In this document: piece by piece, positions 1 to 12,002 of the stretch
Layout of the letters: each line of letters opens with the position of its first letter
Position numbering within the stretch: the stretch's first letter is position 1
Origin: Epiperipatus broadwayi
Taxonomy: Eukaryota > Animalia > Onychophora
DNA: 64,000 nucleotides
Assembly (NCBI GenBank): GCA_028023455.1
Contig: JAQFVV010000004.1
Coordinates: forward strand, 25,978,001 to 26,042,000
Direction of reading: 5' to 3'
Position numbers and translations under genes: made by a program
The notes under the pieces: generated by a model
Database searches by the model: none
The model's input: only the letters and a program-made list of their open reading frames with translations
Told to the model about the DNA's origin: nothing

Positions 1-541
1 ATTCACCAAGGTGGTGGCCCAAAGATGCATATTGTTGATAACATTTGTCATAATTCATACCTTATGTATATGCACCCTTCTGTTGCTGTATCTCAAATTT
101 AGAGAATAGTTAAATTGAATCAAAATCTAACTGTTGAGAAAAGTATTCATTAATATATGTATATAATATAAATACCGATATAAGAAACCTACTACTAAAA
201 AAAAAATAAGCCCAATGTTGAAAATGAAAAATTTAATTTTTTTTATCTAAGGTTTTAGCCTTGTACGTTATTATTAGATATCTGCTAGCGCTTAATAAAT
301 TTATATATTTACATTTGTTACTATCATTTCATTAGATTTAAAAATTGCTTAGTTGTAAATCGAAAGATTTTGTGTTGTTTATTTATATATAATATTTAGT
401 AAATTAAATGTGAAAATGTTTTAAGCTTCATGCTCTTAGTTCAGAATGCTTGAGTCTGACTTATTTATATAAAAATTTAAGTATAGGAGAAAGTGAGTCC
501 CATCTTTTTCCTGTTTTTGGCTTGTGTTTTTGAATTGAGAG

Positions 542-617
542 TTCCACATACAGTCATTATTACATCTGATTGGCTGTCACATAAGCATTTTTAAGGCACT
601 TCTGTCTAAGGTTTTAG
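542..617. repeat. Dispersed repeat, inverted copy at 32051-32126
   Basis: ttccacatacagtcattattacatctgattggctgtcacataagcatttttaaggcacttctgtctaaggttttag is the near reverse complement of 32051-32126. The ctaaggttttagccttgtac part also recurs at 247. Confidence 0.75.
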
Positions 618-1247
618 CCTTGTACATTATTATATCATATTTTTAATGCAGGAAGCTTCCATTAAAATATTTAATTAACATATTTATTTTAATTCCCTTA
701 TATTATTCAGCACTATAATTATTGAAAGTGTTTTGCTGAAATCTAGCTTACTGCTATTAATTAATTTATATTATTAATTGGTTATCTTCCAACCAAACTC
801 GACATCAATGAGTATTTAAGTATTACATAATTTGTTGCAGAGTTAATAAGTTGAGATTTCCACATTCATGTAATTAATGACAAATGAAATTTCTTTATTC
901 TGGCATATTTCATTCTAATTTTTATTGGCTTATATTATTCATTTTTATTATAAACAGGAATAGTTTGGAAATTTTATTTTAATATAAGACATTAATATAT
1001 TTTTCTTTCATAAGTAAATCTGACATCAAGTTTAATAAATTATGTTGGCATTTTTCCTTTTCTTAAAATGATTATAATAAATTTCATTATCTAATTGTGC
1101 AACATTTTACAATGTGTATAACTTTTGTTTTAGTAAATTTAACTGTAGAGAGTTTGTCAATATACATGATAACTTTTTCAGGCATTCTTTTTTAGAACAA
1201 TAATAATGGATTTCTTATTTCCAAAGAGATTTAATATTTCTAAAATC

Positions 1248-1481
1248 TTAATGATTGACTCCAGCAGTTTGATACCCAGAGGGCTCATTGATATGGGCCT
1301 TAGATTGTGTGGTTATTTTTTCATGTGTTTTGATAAATGGTACTTGTAAAATAGGGTATAATCCATGTATATGATGGACCTGTTTTGTTAGAAAGTTTGC
1401 TAGATTACATAGATAATGTGCAGTAAATTTTTCTAAATGCTTGAATACAAAACAAGGTATACCATGCATTCCTGGGTGAGT
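1248..1481 (-). pseudogene. Inverted ORF2 (RT) fragment of Tx1-like copy 1
   Basis: ORF track 1248..1469 aligns with HPGPPGIPLFVLRHLGWFTANYLTNLA of copy 2; a frameshifted LRPISM motif follows. Confidence 0.85.
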
Positions 1482-2834
1482 GCTCTTTTTTTTACTTTCT
1501 ATATCAATCCATTACTGAATATGATAGAAAAAGAATTATCAGGCAAATACATACCTGGTCTGAAAACAAACATCTCCTGTATTGCCTACATGGATGATAT
1601 CTCGATTTTTTTTAACTTCTAAAAAACAGATCCCAACTCTATTGAAAATTCTTAATTCTTAGACTAACAAATACAAGCTGGAGTTTACTTGGATAAATCT
1701 TCTGCATGGACAATATATACAGGACAATTTCACACACAACATTTTAAAGGAAAACCCAACTCTTTTGTGGGATTCCCCTTCTATTTGAGCAACCTAGAAA
1801 TGTGTCGACAAATAAAAGACAAAATTAAAAATAAAATTGAAAACATAATTGATTCACTTTCAAAATCTTACCTTTCATTGTATTCAAAAGTATTCCTGTT
1901 TAATCTATTAATTATGACTCAAATCACATACTATTCTCCAATAATACTATACACTAAATCTTTTACTAGTAAAATAAACTCATTATGTAGAAAGTTGCTG
2001 TGGGGAAAAAAGATTGTTTCAGTTTCACTAAAATGTATTCAAGCTCGTCTAATACAAAATGGTTTAGGACTACATTCAATACATATTTTTAACATTCAAA
2101 AGACATTAAATCTTATTTCTGCATGTGCTTATTTATTTCCATACATGAAAGTGTTCTTCAAGATTACCCCAACAGATAAACCACCACTATCGAGTGGATA
2201 TTGGAAAACCTTGCTTACACTAATTGTTAACATTCCAAATATTATTTATTCACCACTTCAAGATAAATTTAAATATTGTGATGTATACTACATAATTTGC
2301 TCTCCCCTAAATGATAAAAGACAAATTTTAAACATTAACAATAGACTACTAACCCGAAAATTTAAATTCTGGTCATTAGAACCCAAATATTATGATTTTC
2401 TACTCAAATTAAATCTTGAAGCACTGCCAACATTACACTTTTGTAGATATAGAAGGCATTACATAAATACAGAAGACATATGCTGGTTATGTCATAGAGA
2501 AACTGAGACACAAGAACATTTTCTTTTTACCTGCCCTGCATTTGATAATATTCGCTCGTCCATACCATCATTGTACAAACAAAGAAATTGTCACATTCAA
2601 ACACTTTTACAATCATTTGTTAAGGGTAGCTACCCACATATTCAAGCAAGTACTTTTATATTATTTTCACTATGGTGTACAAGATGCTCCTTCATGTACA
2701 ACAATAATCCAAGAAGACATCCAAACACATTCTGGAACAAAATGGAACAGCTCCACTTAAGGGATGAAAAAATTGTATCCCAAAAGATGTACACAGCCAC
2801 TTGGTCTATATTACAACAGCACTCAAAATTATAG
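1479..2834 (+). pseudogene. ORF2 C-terminal half (RT YMDD, C-terminal CCHC zinc finger) of Tx1-like copy 1, frameshifted
   Basis: ORFs 1437..1622 (AYMDD) and 1689..2834 (Cx2Cx8Hx4C), homologous to copy 2 ORF2. Confidence 0.88.
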
Positions 2835-3316
2835 AGGAAAAAAAAGACTAATAAATAACAGAACTAAGAGCCTTAGGATGCACAAAACTAATTGGATGTG
2901 TATATATTTTTTAAAAAAATTGTAAACTCAAATTTGTAAACCACATGCATATCCTTTGTCTTTGTTGCCCCCCCCCCCCACAAATTACAATTTTCCACTT
3001 ATTTATACTAACTTCAATTCATCTGCATGTGGTAAAATAGTTATAAATGTAACCTTTTTCTTGCTATATTCAATAAAGTTCTTTTGAAAGATAATAATAA
3101 TATGCGGTCCTATTATTTAACTGGACAAGTATATATTTTTATTAGTGCTACCAAAAAGTCAGCAAAAAGTAATAAAAAGCACAAAATTTTAAATAGAAAC
3201 TAACTCAGCAAGAAGTAAGAAAAGAACCACACACACACAAGGGAGTTTTTTCTGTCAAAAAGATAAAAAAAAAAAACTTTTATTATATAAAACAAAGTTA
3301 GAACAAAAAAGCAAGC

Positions 3317-4953
3317 ATGGCATCAGGAGAAAAAAATCTTACATTATCTAACATAAGAGAAATTAGCACAAATTCAAACAATGCAAGGAGTGCTAAAACA
3401 TACGCAAATGTGATAAAAACAAATCTATCTTTAAAAAAATATATAGAATCAACACAAACTACAAGATTTAGAAGAGCCAACAAAAATGACACTGAGGATA
3501 TAAGCCAAGACAATGAAAATTATAATGAACCAAAATTTCAAACGTGGACTGAAGAAGATTTGATAGAGATCAACCAAAAATTTAATGAAACCATACCTAA
3601 AAAATTATTTAAAACATTTAATAAATTCTTTTCGAATAAATCTATAGTATTAGCGGTTACTGACAAAAATTTAACTTTATATAAATTCCCAAGGGACCTC
3701 CTATATAAAGAAATAGATGAGAAACAAATGTGGCATACCATACAAACAATCAAAGACCACCCAAATTCTAGATATATAGTGGTTTATTTCTTTAACAAAA
3801 AGCAATGTGCAGAGTTCCAAGAAAAAATTAAATCACTCCAAAATTAGGCCCTCATTATAGTAGATAAAAATTTACAAAATTATTACACAGGAACATTGAG
3901 AAATACATACTTTGGCTATAATATGCAAGATTTTACAAAATTAATACAGCCATTTGGTCAACCTATATATATCAAACCGATCTACTGCACAGACACACCT
4001 ATTCCAATCTACACCAACAGTTTTCATTTTAAAATTAAGCTAAATGACAACATCAATCCTGAAAACATCCCTAACCAAATAATAGATCAGGAAGCTATTT
4101 TGACTCTACAAATAAAAGGCCTGAGACCACAATGTTATGGCTGTGGAATCAGAGGGCATCTAGCAGTAAACTGCACAAACAATAAAAACAACTTAACCTC
4201 AGCTGATCTGCCTCAAAAGAAACCAGATCAGGGAACAGATTTGGGACCTACCATGAAAGATGAGGCAATGCTATTAGACAGACCACAAAATAATGCTAAG
4301 CAGACAATAATTAAGATAGGAAAGATGAATAAAGAATTATTAAATATAGATAATAGTGAATATACAAATATCAATAAGATTAAAAAAACAGACATAGAAA
4401 CAGAAAAAAATAAAAAGAAAAAACATCTAATAATATAAATATATCAAACTCAGAAGACCAAGTGAGCATGCAGGAATCAGATCAACCAAACACCCAAAAC
4501 AAGATAATAAGCACAAACTCACAAATTGATGACCAAACACCAAACATAGTGAATAATAAACCTTCAGAACAAGGCAAAGAGACTCAAAGTTTAGATAAAC
4601 AAAAAGAAAGCAAAAACAAAACAGCAATGAATGAAACACAGTTACCCAATAATAGCAAAATAAATAATGATTGGAATACACCACAAACATCAAGAATAAT
4701 TAATAAGACTAGCATACAAATTATGGAAGAAATAACTACAGATATATCAAAAAATATATCAGTAGAAGTAGAGCAAAAAAGAAAACCAGGCCGACCCCCA
4801 AATAAGAATAGACGTATAAAAAAAATAAAAACTGACAAAATAGACAATGATCAAACCAACCCACTTTGTTAACCAGGTGATTTTTCTGATGAAGAAATAG
4901 AGCTGGACTATGTAGATGCATCTGAGATACTATCAATGAACAATAGAGATTAA
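3317..4953 (+). pseudogene. ORF1 (gag-like nucleic-acid-binding protein) of Tx1-like copy 2
   Basis: 3317..3847 and 3896..4438 are in the same frame across one TAG. CYGCGIRGHLAVNC (CX2CX4HX4C) lies at 4133-4174. Frameshifts occur in A-runs; acidic tail ends at TAA 4951-4953. Confidence 0.85.
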
Positions 4954-4981
4954 AATAACAATACACTCCAACAAAATCATA

Positions 4982-7900
4982 ATGTTAATAAAAATAGCAG
5001 CAATTAATGTTAGAGGCTTAAATGCGATCTCCAAATTGTATAAAATTAAAAACTGGATCAAAGAAACAAGGCCACATATAATAGGGCTGCTTGAAACCAA
5101 GATATATGTGGCATCAAAAGTAGATCCCAGCAGATATCTAAATGCTGAAGGGTTCTGTGCATGCTCCAAGGATACCAGTCCCCCATGGCAGGCACTGGCC
5201 TAGTAATTACCAATATCTGCCCATTCATAACTTTCAAAATAATACATATAGATTCACACTTACTAATTGTTACCTTTTATCACAAAATCATCACAATCAA
5301 TATAGTCTTCATCTACATGCCAATACAAAACACAAAAATTGAGACAATAATATCAACCATAAATTTGAGGCTAGCAACCACTGGAGACCCGACCATTCTA
5401 GTCAGTGACTGTAATGCATCATACCAGAAATTTACAAAGAAATAGATACACAGAATATCAGTTGCACTTATGATTGGACAAGGTTTCCTGCCAGCAGATG
5501 TGATATCATTTCACAATGGCCGGTTTGCATCTTTAATTGATCTATGTTTGTATTCGCCGGTATTGCATCATTTCATCAAGATTAAACTTATCCCAACAAC
5601 TTTTTCCGATCACTATGGGCAAATGATCACAATCAGCATGAATAATATACAGACAACCACACTTCCACTCACAAGAACAATCAGAATCTTACCGCCTGCA
5701 ACTACAACTGAATTTCTGTTTTCAGAATCCTATATAATGTTAAACAAAATTCAAACAATGAATCTAGACCCTATACAACAGTATTAAGATTTCAAAAACA
5801 TACTATCATTTAACATCAACCACCTGATTAGAAACCAGCCACCACCATCAAAAATCTTCCACAGAAGAATAACTGCAATTATGCCAACACAAAATACACA
5901 ACAGTATATATATAAACTAAAATATACCTATGATAAGGCTTGTAATGCTCTCAAAGATTATTTAAAAATCAAGAAAAGTAAGATCTGTATAATGGAACAA
6001 CACACTTGGACATGCAAATATATCAAATGGGCACTGGGTTATGCACTTGACATAAAAATGCCACTAGCTATTCGATGTAATAATGATAATTTTGCCAGGC
6101 ATAACACGATTCTGCCTATATTTAAATACTTTAAAAACAAATTACAAATAACTCAATATGGCAATCAAATGTTTGGCATAATCGAAGATCAACCCATATT
6201 CAAAGAAGAAATCTTCATTAAAAAAATGGAAAATATGAGCAACTCATGTCACCCTGGACCCCCCGGAATACCATTATTTGTGTTAAGGCACTTAGGATGG
6301 TTTACAGCAAATTACCTTACTAATCTGGCCACCTATCTGACCCAGGAGGTTATACATAGGCAGGAGGTCTACCCCATTGCAATAGTTCCATACAACAAAA
6401 AGACAAGTACTCCCACTTTAGATGAATTAAGACCCATCTCAATGGGCCCTCTACCAATAAAAATCCTAGAAAAGGTAATAAAAGACATGATAGAGCCATA
6501 CCTACTACCCATCATCTCCAAAACACAATTTGCAAAAAAAACATACAGACTGCTTTCCTATTTAAAGCTATAATGATAACTGTTAGAGAAAGAAAGAAAT
6601 ATAGTCCAGTGGTGGTCCAAATAGATATAGCATCAGCATTTGACTCAGTAAAAATTCCAGTCCTATTGCAGATGCTCAAACAGACAGACATTCCTAGGAG
6701 GCTATTATATATAACAGCAAATCTCCTATTGAACCGTGAAATACATATCACAGTGAGTGAGAGAAACTCACCATTTTTTGTTCCCACTCAATTGCTATCA
6801 CAAGGGTCCCCATAGTGCATTGCTGTTTGCATTCTACATTAATCCTCTCATTGAGAAAATCAATCAAACATTTGAGGGGGTCAACATACCTGCAACAGTG
6901 CAACAAGTGACATCCCTAGCTTACATGGATGATATCACGGTCTTCCTGGCTTCCAAAAAACATATACCTAAGCTACAAAAGATAATCGATAATTACTCAA
7001 TAGAATATGGGCTTAAAATTAATACAACAAAAACATCAGCCTGGTCCATATACACAGGAAGGCAGTGTGAATCCATATAGAAAGGAAAGCCAAGCACATT
7101 CCTGGGGTTTCCATTTTATATGGGAGCCACAGGAATGAGATGCTACATATAGAACAAACTGAAAGAAGAAACTGAAAAAATTACAGAATCCCTAGCCAAG
7201 GCATGCCTATCATTACATTTCAAAAATACAATTGATTAATAGATTAATCACAACTAAGATAGCATATTATATGCCAATAATTTCTTTTTCCGAGGCATTC
7301 AAATCCAAGATAAACTCAATGGGTAATCAACTCATTTGGTCCAGAAAAACAGTGGCAATTTCCATAAAAAAACTTAGAAAACCAACAGATCTAGGTAGAC
7401 TGGGCCTACACGATATCACCATCTTTCACATGAAAAATCTTAGAAATGTAATAACAACAACAATAAATCAATTTCCCAAAATGAAACCTCTACTACAAAT
7501 AACCCCTACAGACAGACCACCACCCAAGGGTTCATATATTGAATTAATGATATACCAATGTAAAATAGAAAAGAAAATCCCAGATCAATACATACAGAAA
7601 TACAAATACTGGGAAATATACAATCTTATACACACAAACAACAATGGAGACAATAACACAACACCAATAATAGGAATAACCAATAAAAATGATTAATGAA
7701 TATAAAAAATGGAAATTAGAACCAAAGTTTTTTGATTTTGTCCTGAAAATGAACCTAGATGCACTACCAACTACCAATTTTCTATTCCACAGAAGGATGT
7801 ACATATCTATTGATCCTTTCTGTGGATTATGTCATGAAACAGAAGAAACATGGAAGCACATAATGGACCACTGTAGAGGACTAAATCAAATAAGAGACAT

Positions 7901-8161
7901 AATACGTAACATATACAGGAAAAACAATACCAGGATTGAACAATTAATGGATGCTTATAAGGGCAAATCAATACCCACCATCAGAGCAGCAACATTTCTA
8001 CTGTATACTCTGTGGTGCATCAGGTGCAAATTTCTAATTGGGAAAAACACTAGATGACACCCTTCAACATAATGCAGATACAAAATAGGGACAAACTGAT
8101 CACACCCCCAGACATATATGCAGCCACTTGGTCCCTGATCAAGCAAAGATCAAGGCTATAA
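4982..8161 (+). pseudogene. ORF2 (APE endonuclease + RT + zinc finger) of Tx1-like copy 2, multiple frameshifts and stops
   Basis: ORF pieces 4982..5203, 5161..5445, 5470..5787, 5881..6573, 6573..6815, 6757..7080, 7232..7696, 7689..8057. The last frame YAATWSLIKQRSRL* matches the C-terminus of copy 1. Confidence 0.9.
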
Positions 8162-8323
8162 CAAAGCTTCAGATGGCAAAAAAAATAAGAACAAAGACTA
8201 TTCATTTGATTGTAAATATACAAATGAACTCATGTACAATCTGTAAATCTATTTTATCAATGTATCTTTTCTGGTGATACTACATGGAATCTACTTATAG
8301 TGCAATAAAGTATATTGTTGAAA

Positions 8324-8435
<112 letters not shown>

Positions 8436-10636
8436 ATAATTTAAAGTATCTATGTAATTATAAACATATAAAACCTAATTAATAAAATAATATACATCTT
8501 ATTATTTTATTAGAATTCAATAATTATTAAATGTGAACTTAATGTTTTTATAGACATTTATTAGTATTATTCAAACACAAAGAGCTGGTTGATAAATTAT
8601 TGTTACAAACTTTTATATATAGTCAACAAGCTTAAATAATTTTGACCTTTTACACAATTATAAATTTTACTACATAATTAATCCTTTATATAAAGTATTA
8701 ACTAATATATCTGTTATAAATTTTTAAGTGAATTAATTTATTTTGTGTATTACAATTCTGGCTTCCAGTTCGATTACCATTTGTTTAATAAATAAATGTT
8801 ACTCATAGATTTTTAAACTTTATTCTGGTATACATTTTGGATTACATTATTAATAGAGCTTAAATAAAAGCATTGCTCAATTTGTGTGGCTCTATTGATT
8901 TTAGCTAACCCATTTATATTGTTACAGATTTGGTGTATCTAAAAGACTTGGGGCATCTATCTGTAAATAAAACTTTTACAATTTATACCATTACAGATTT
9001 TGGCTTATTCTAAAACATGGAGCTATGTAAAAAAAAAGTTTTGTGAGTCAATCAGTAAACAAACTGTACAATTTATACCATTACAATATGTATATAGCTT
9101 TTGTTTCAATCATAATGATGAAAACTATCAAGAATCGTGACATAAAGAAGTGAAAATTTGATAACAATTTGTGTTAAAAATTTGTATAAAACAATCACAA
9201 AATATTACCTGTGATGAGTTCACTTTTTATTGTATGGCCCTTTTATTAAAAGACTTTAAAATTATACCACCTACTCTTCAAAAAATTATTTAGTATTCAT
9301 GTGCCATAGCTTTATACACTTAGCTAAAAACTGAAAATAGTTCAAAATATATTTTATTTAATGAGGAATATTAAATTTAATAGAAATACTTTTTAATATA
9401 GAATTTTTTAAAAAAAGGTAATCGTTTTTTCACATTAGACTTTCTATTTCATAAAGACTGTTATCAACAAAATAAGCACAAGAAAAATTCATGTTTCTCT
9501 AGTTATTACTTAAAAGACAAGATGTTAAAATGCATTTTTAAAAAAAATTATAACATCCTTAACTTATTCTTTTATTTAAAAAAAAATGTTATAAACTGAA
9601 AAGAAAAAAAGAAAATTTCTTAATATTAATTGTCCTATCATAAAAGAATAATACGATTTTATTTAATATCCATCATTAATCATATCTTTGAAAAACCAAT
9701 CTAGTAGACACTCTAGTGCAGTTTATTAAAGATATCGACCATAAAAAAAAGTTTCCTACACGTACTTAGAATGATAAGAAAATGTTTTCTCTCATTTTAC
9801 TTATTAATTTGACACTTACTCCACTCAATTAATTGTATTTTATTTGTCAAATAAGGAAAAGATGTTACATATTTTTTATAAACTCAAGTTAATTAAGATA
9901 AAAATGAAACTTTTCGCATGCTCTGTATCGATTTCTTATAATAGCATTAATTAAATAGTTTTTTTTTTAAAAAAAAAGTAGACAACTCAATTTTAAATAG
10001 TAGTTCGTATGTATGTATACTCAATGTAAATATCAGTTCACTTTTATTGAACGGCCATCTTATATTAATTTATATTTATCGAAAGAATATGTAATGCCGA
10101 AGAATTTTACTTGCTACAGTTACTTAATAGTTATATTATAAGCTTTAACAACATTGATAGAAGAGCTGTCAATTAGCATAATCGTTTAAAAAATTTTTTG
10201 TTTCATCAATTAATATATAGAGAAAGAAAGATAAAGGTAAGATAGCTTTTAAATTGTCTAATGCAAGACAAAAAATTTTTTTAAAAATTTCTCTATACAG
10301 AATCAATGATGGATGAGAAGATATTTGTAAGCTAGTCAAATGCCAAATGGTGGACATTTATGTTTTTCTTTTTGATTTATCCTCTGCTAATAAAGCTGTT
10401 TACCAATCTAATTAGCACACACTTTTTGAAACAATAATTAAATGTTAAATGGGTTTAAATCTATAAAAAAACTATATTTATTATATATTTGAATCTCATG
10501 TTGTGAACATAAGTTTTTTCAGTTATTGAATAAACAACACCAGCAAAAAAGTATTGGTACTAGTTGGTTAGGTGTACTGTGGCCACTAAGTGATGCTGCA
10601 GTACCATCAAAGACACCCAAGAAGCCTTAGTAATGA

Positions 10637-10678
10637 ATCCTTGACTAGTTTCTAGCCTGTTAATTTCATCAGTGAGGA
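10637..10678 (-). ncRNA. Type I hammerhead ribozyme motif, family C, stem II decayed
   Basis: Minus strand reads TCCTCA CTGATGA aattaacaggcta GAAAC TA GTC aagga. Confidence 0.55.
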
Positions 10679-11396
10679 GCCTTGAATCTGAGAGCATTGC
10701 ACCTAGATCTTAGGAAATAATGCAACTTTCCAAACAGACATCTTTTACTTATTTAGTTAACTATAAAGCTATAATCCCAAGTATAAATATATGATAATGT
10801 TTTCAATCCAAGCTTGATCTGAGCCTTGTTTGGTATCTATAAATTTTGGTGTGTTTGGATTTTTAAAAACCACTGTCATCATCATCATCTGACAGGATTG
10901 GTATAAAAACACTAAAATATCACACAGTCATTATTTCATATGCACACATGAGTTGATAAAACAATAGCAAACTCTTCATATTGTAAGCATAAAAAATTGT
11001 GATCTTATGTTTTAATGGGTTTATATCAGTCTTGCCCATAAGATGATGATAATTGCAATTTTAAAAAATCCAAAGACAACAAAATGTATATATACTGAGT
11101 TGGATTCAGATATTTATGTCTATACAAGTGAACAAGCTTGGGGTTTTCATCTTGGGCTCATAAATGTATAGTTAACTAAATAGATATAAGGTGACTGCTG
11201 GAGAGTTGCATTAGAACTTAAGATTTAAGTCCAGTATTCTCAGATCCAAGGTTCTTCACTGATTTTAAACTACAGCTAAAAATGCATCTAGGGATATTGG
11301 TTGAGTAGACACTGGATAATGATTTTATGTACAAACCTTTTTGCTTCCATTAATTACTAAGTCTTAGAATATGTGGTATAACTCTATGGAGAGTTT

Positions 11397-11503
11397 TTTT
11401 TTAAGTGTCATAGCATCGGCCGGGATGCGAACCCACAACCCGGGCAACTGCCTGCAAGTGCAATGCAATCATGCTGACCCCTCGACCACCAATGCAAGAC
11501 ACC
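11397..11503 (-). mobile_element. tRNA-derived short retroposed element with A-tail and 13-bp TSD
   Basis: CTATGGAGAGTTT at 11384-11396 and 11504-11516. Core 11413-11495 has acceptor stem GCATTGG/CCGATGC, an A-box-like TGGTCGAGGGG and B-box GGTTCGCATCCC; ends resemble tRNA-Gly, anticodon ambiguous. Confidence 0.8.
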
Positions 11504-11825
11504 CTATGGAGAGTTTACTACTGCTTTAACAGCTTTTGTAAACACAGAAAATGGTGATCATGTGATATTTCAATGAATTTCTACCAATCCTAATCATAGT
11601 ATTATGTTGACTGTGATTTTTACAAAACCAAAATCACCAAAATTTATAGATACTGAACTGGGTTCAGATACAATTCACTATATAATTGAATAAGCTTGGA
11701 TTGAAAACAATATTGTGTTTTCATCTTGGGCTCATAGCTTTATAGTTAACTAAATAGGTAAAAAGTGACTTCTGGAGAGTTGCATTAGATTCTAAGATCT
11801 AGCTGCAGTGATCTCAGATCCAAGA

Positions 11826-11868
11826 CTCATCACTGATGAAAGCCACAAGCTAGAAACTATTCTGAGGA
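11826..11868 (+). ncRNA. Type I hammerhead ribozyme motif, family C
   Basis: ctcatca CTGATGA a agc cacaa gct a GAAAC TA TTC tgagga; stems I and II pair, triplet is TTC instead of GTC. Confidence 0.7.
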
Positions 11869-11913
11869 TATTGAATGAGTAGGCAATAGATAAGGATTTT
11901 TCTATATGTTATA

Positions 11914-12002
11914 GCATTGGCCGAAAGGTGAACCTGCAACAACTGTCTGCAACTAACTGCTTGCTTGCAAGGTGGCTGTGCTGACCTCTTGGCTAACAAT
12001 GC
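11914..12002 (-). mobile_element. Second, more decayed copy of the tRNA-derived element
   Basis: Minus strand gcattgttagccaagaggtcagcac...cttgcaa...ggttcacctttcggccaatgc, homologous to 11413-11495. Confidence 0.7.

Larger units (their letters stand above)
1248..3102. mobile_element. L1/Tx1-like non-LTR retrotransposon copy 1, 5'-truncated with 5' inversion
   Basis: Minus segment 1248-1481 encodes THPGMHGIP...NLRPISMSPLGIKLLESIIK, matching the RT N-terminal region of copies 2 and 3. Plus segment from 1479 encodes SALFFTFYINP...YMDD...CWLCHRETETQEHFLFTC. Ends with AATAAA (3072-3077), TGAAA and an ATAATAATAATA tail. Confidence 0.9.

Noticed and set aside
1200-3110. TSD around Tx1-like copies 1 and 2
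   Set aside because: No convincing direct repeat found at 1248, 3103 or 8434 beyond low-complexity ATAATAAT.
3298-5342. Antisense and alternative-frame ORFs overlapping the LINEs (also 24013, 24310, 25448, 38031, 48431, 49334, 51925, 52868)
   Set aside because: Shadow ORFs of the retrotransposon frames with no independent motifs.
10560-11330. Family C as a MITE/foldback DNA transposon with TIRs
   Set aside because: Arm boundaries differ between loci, the arms are pieces of a tandem HHR unit, and the one clear TSD in the family is 14 bp.
11413-11495. Functional tRNA gene (Cys GCA or Ala TGC)
   Set aside because: D stem does not pair, the anticodon and variable regions are over-length, and the element has an A-tail and TSD.
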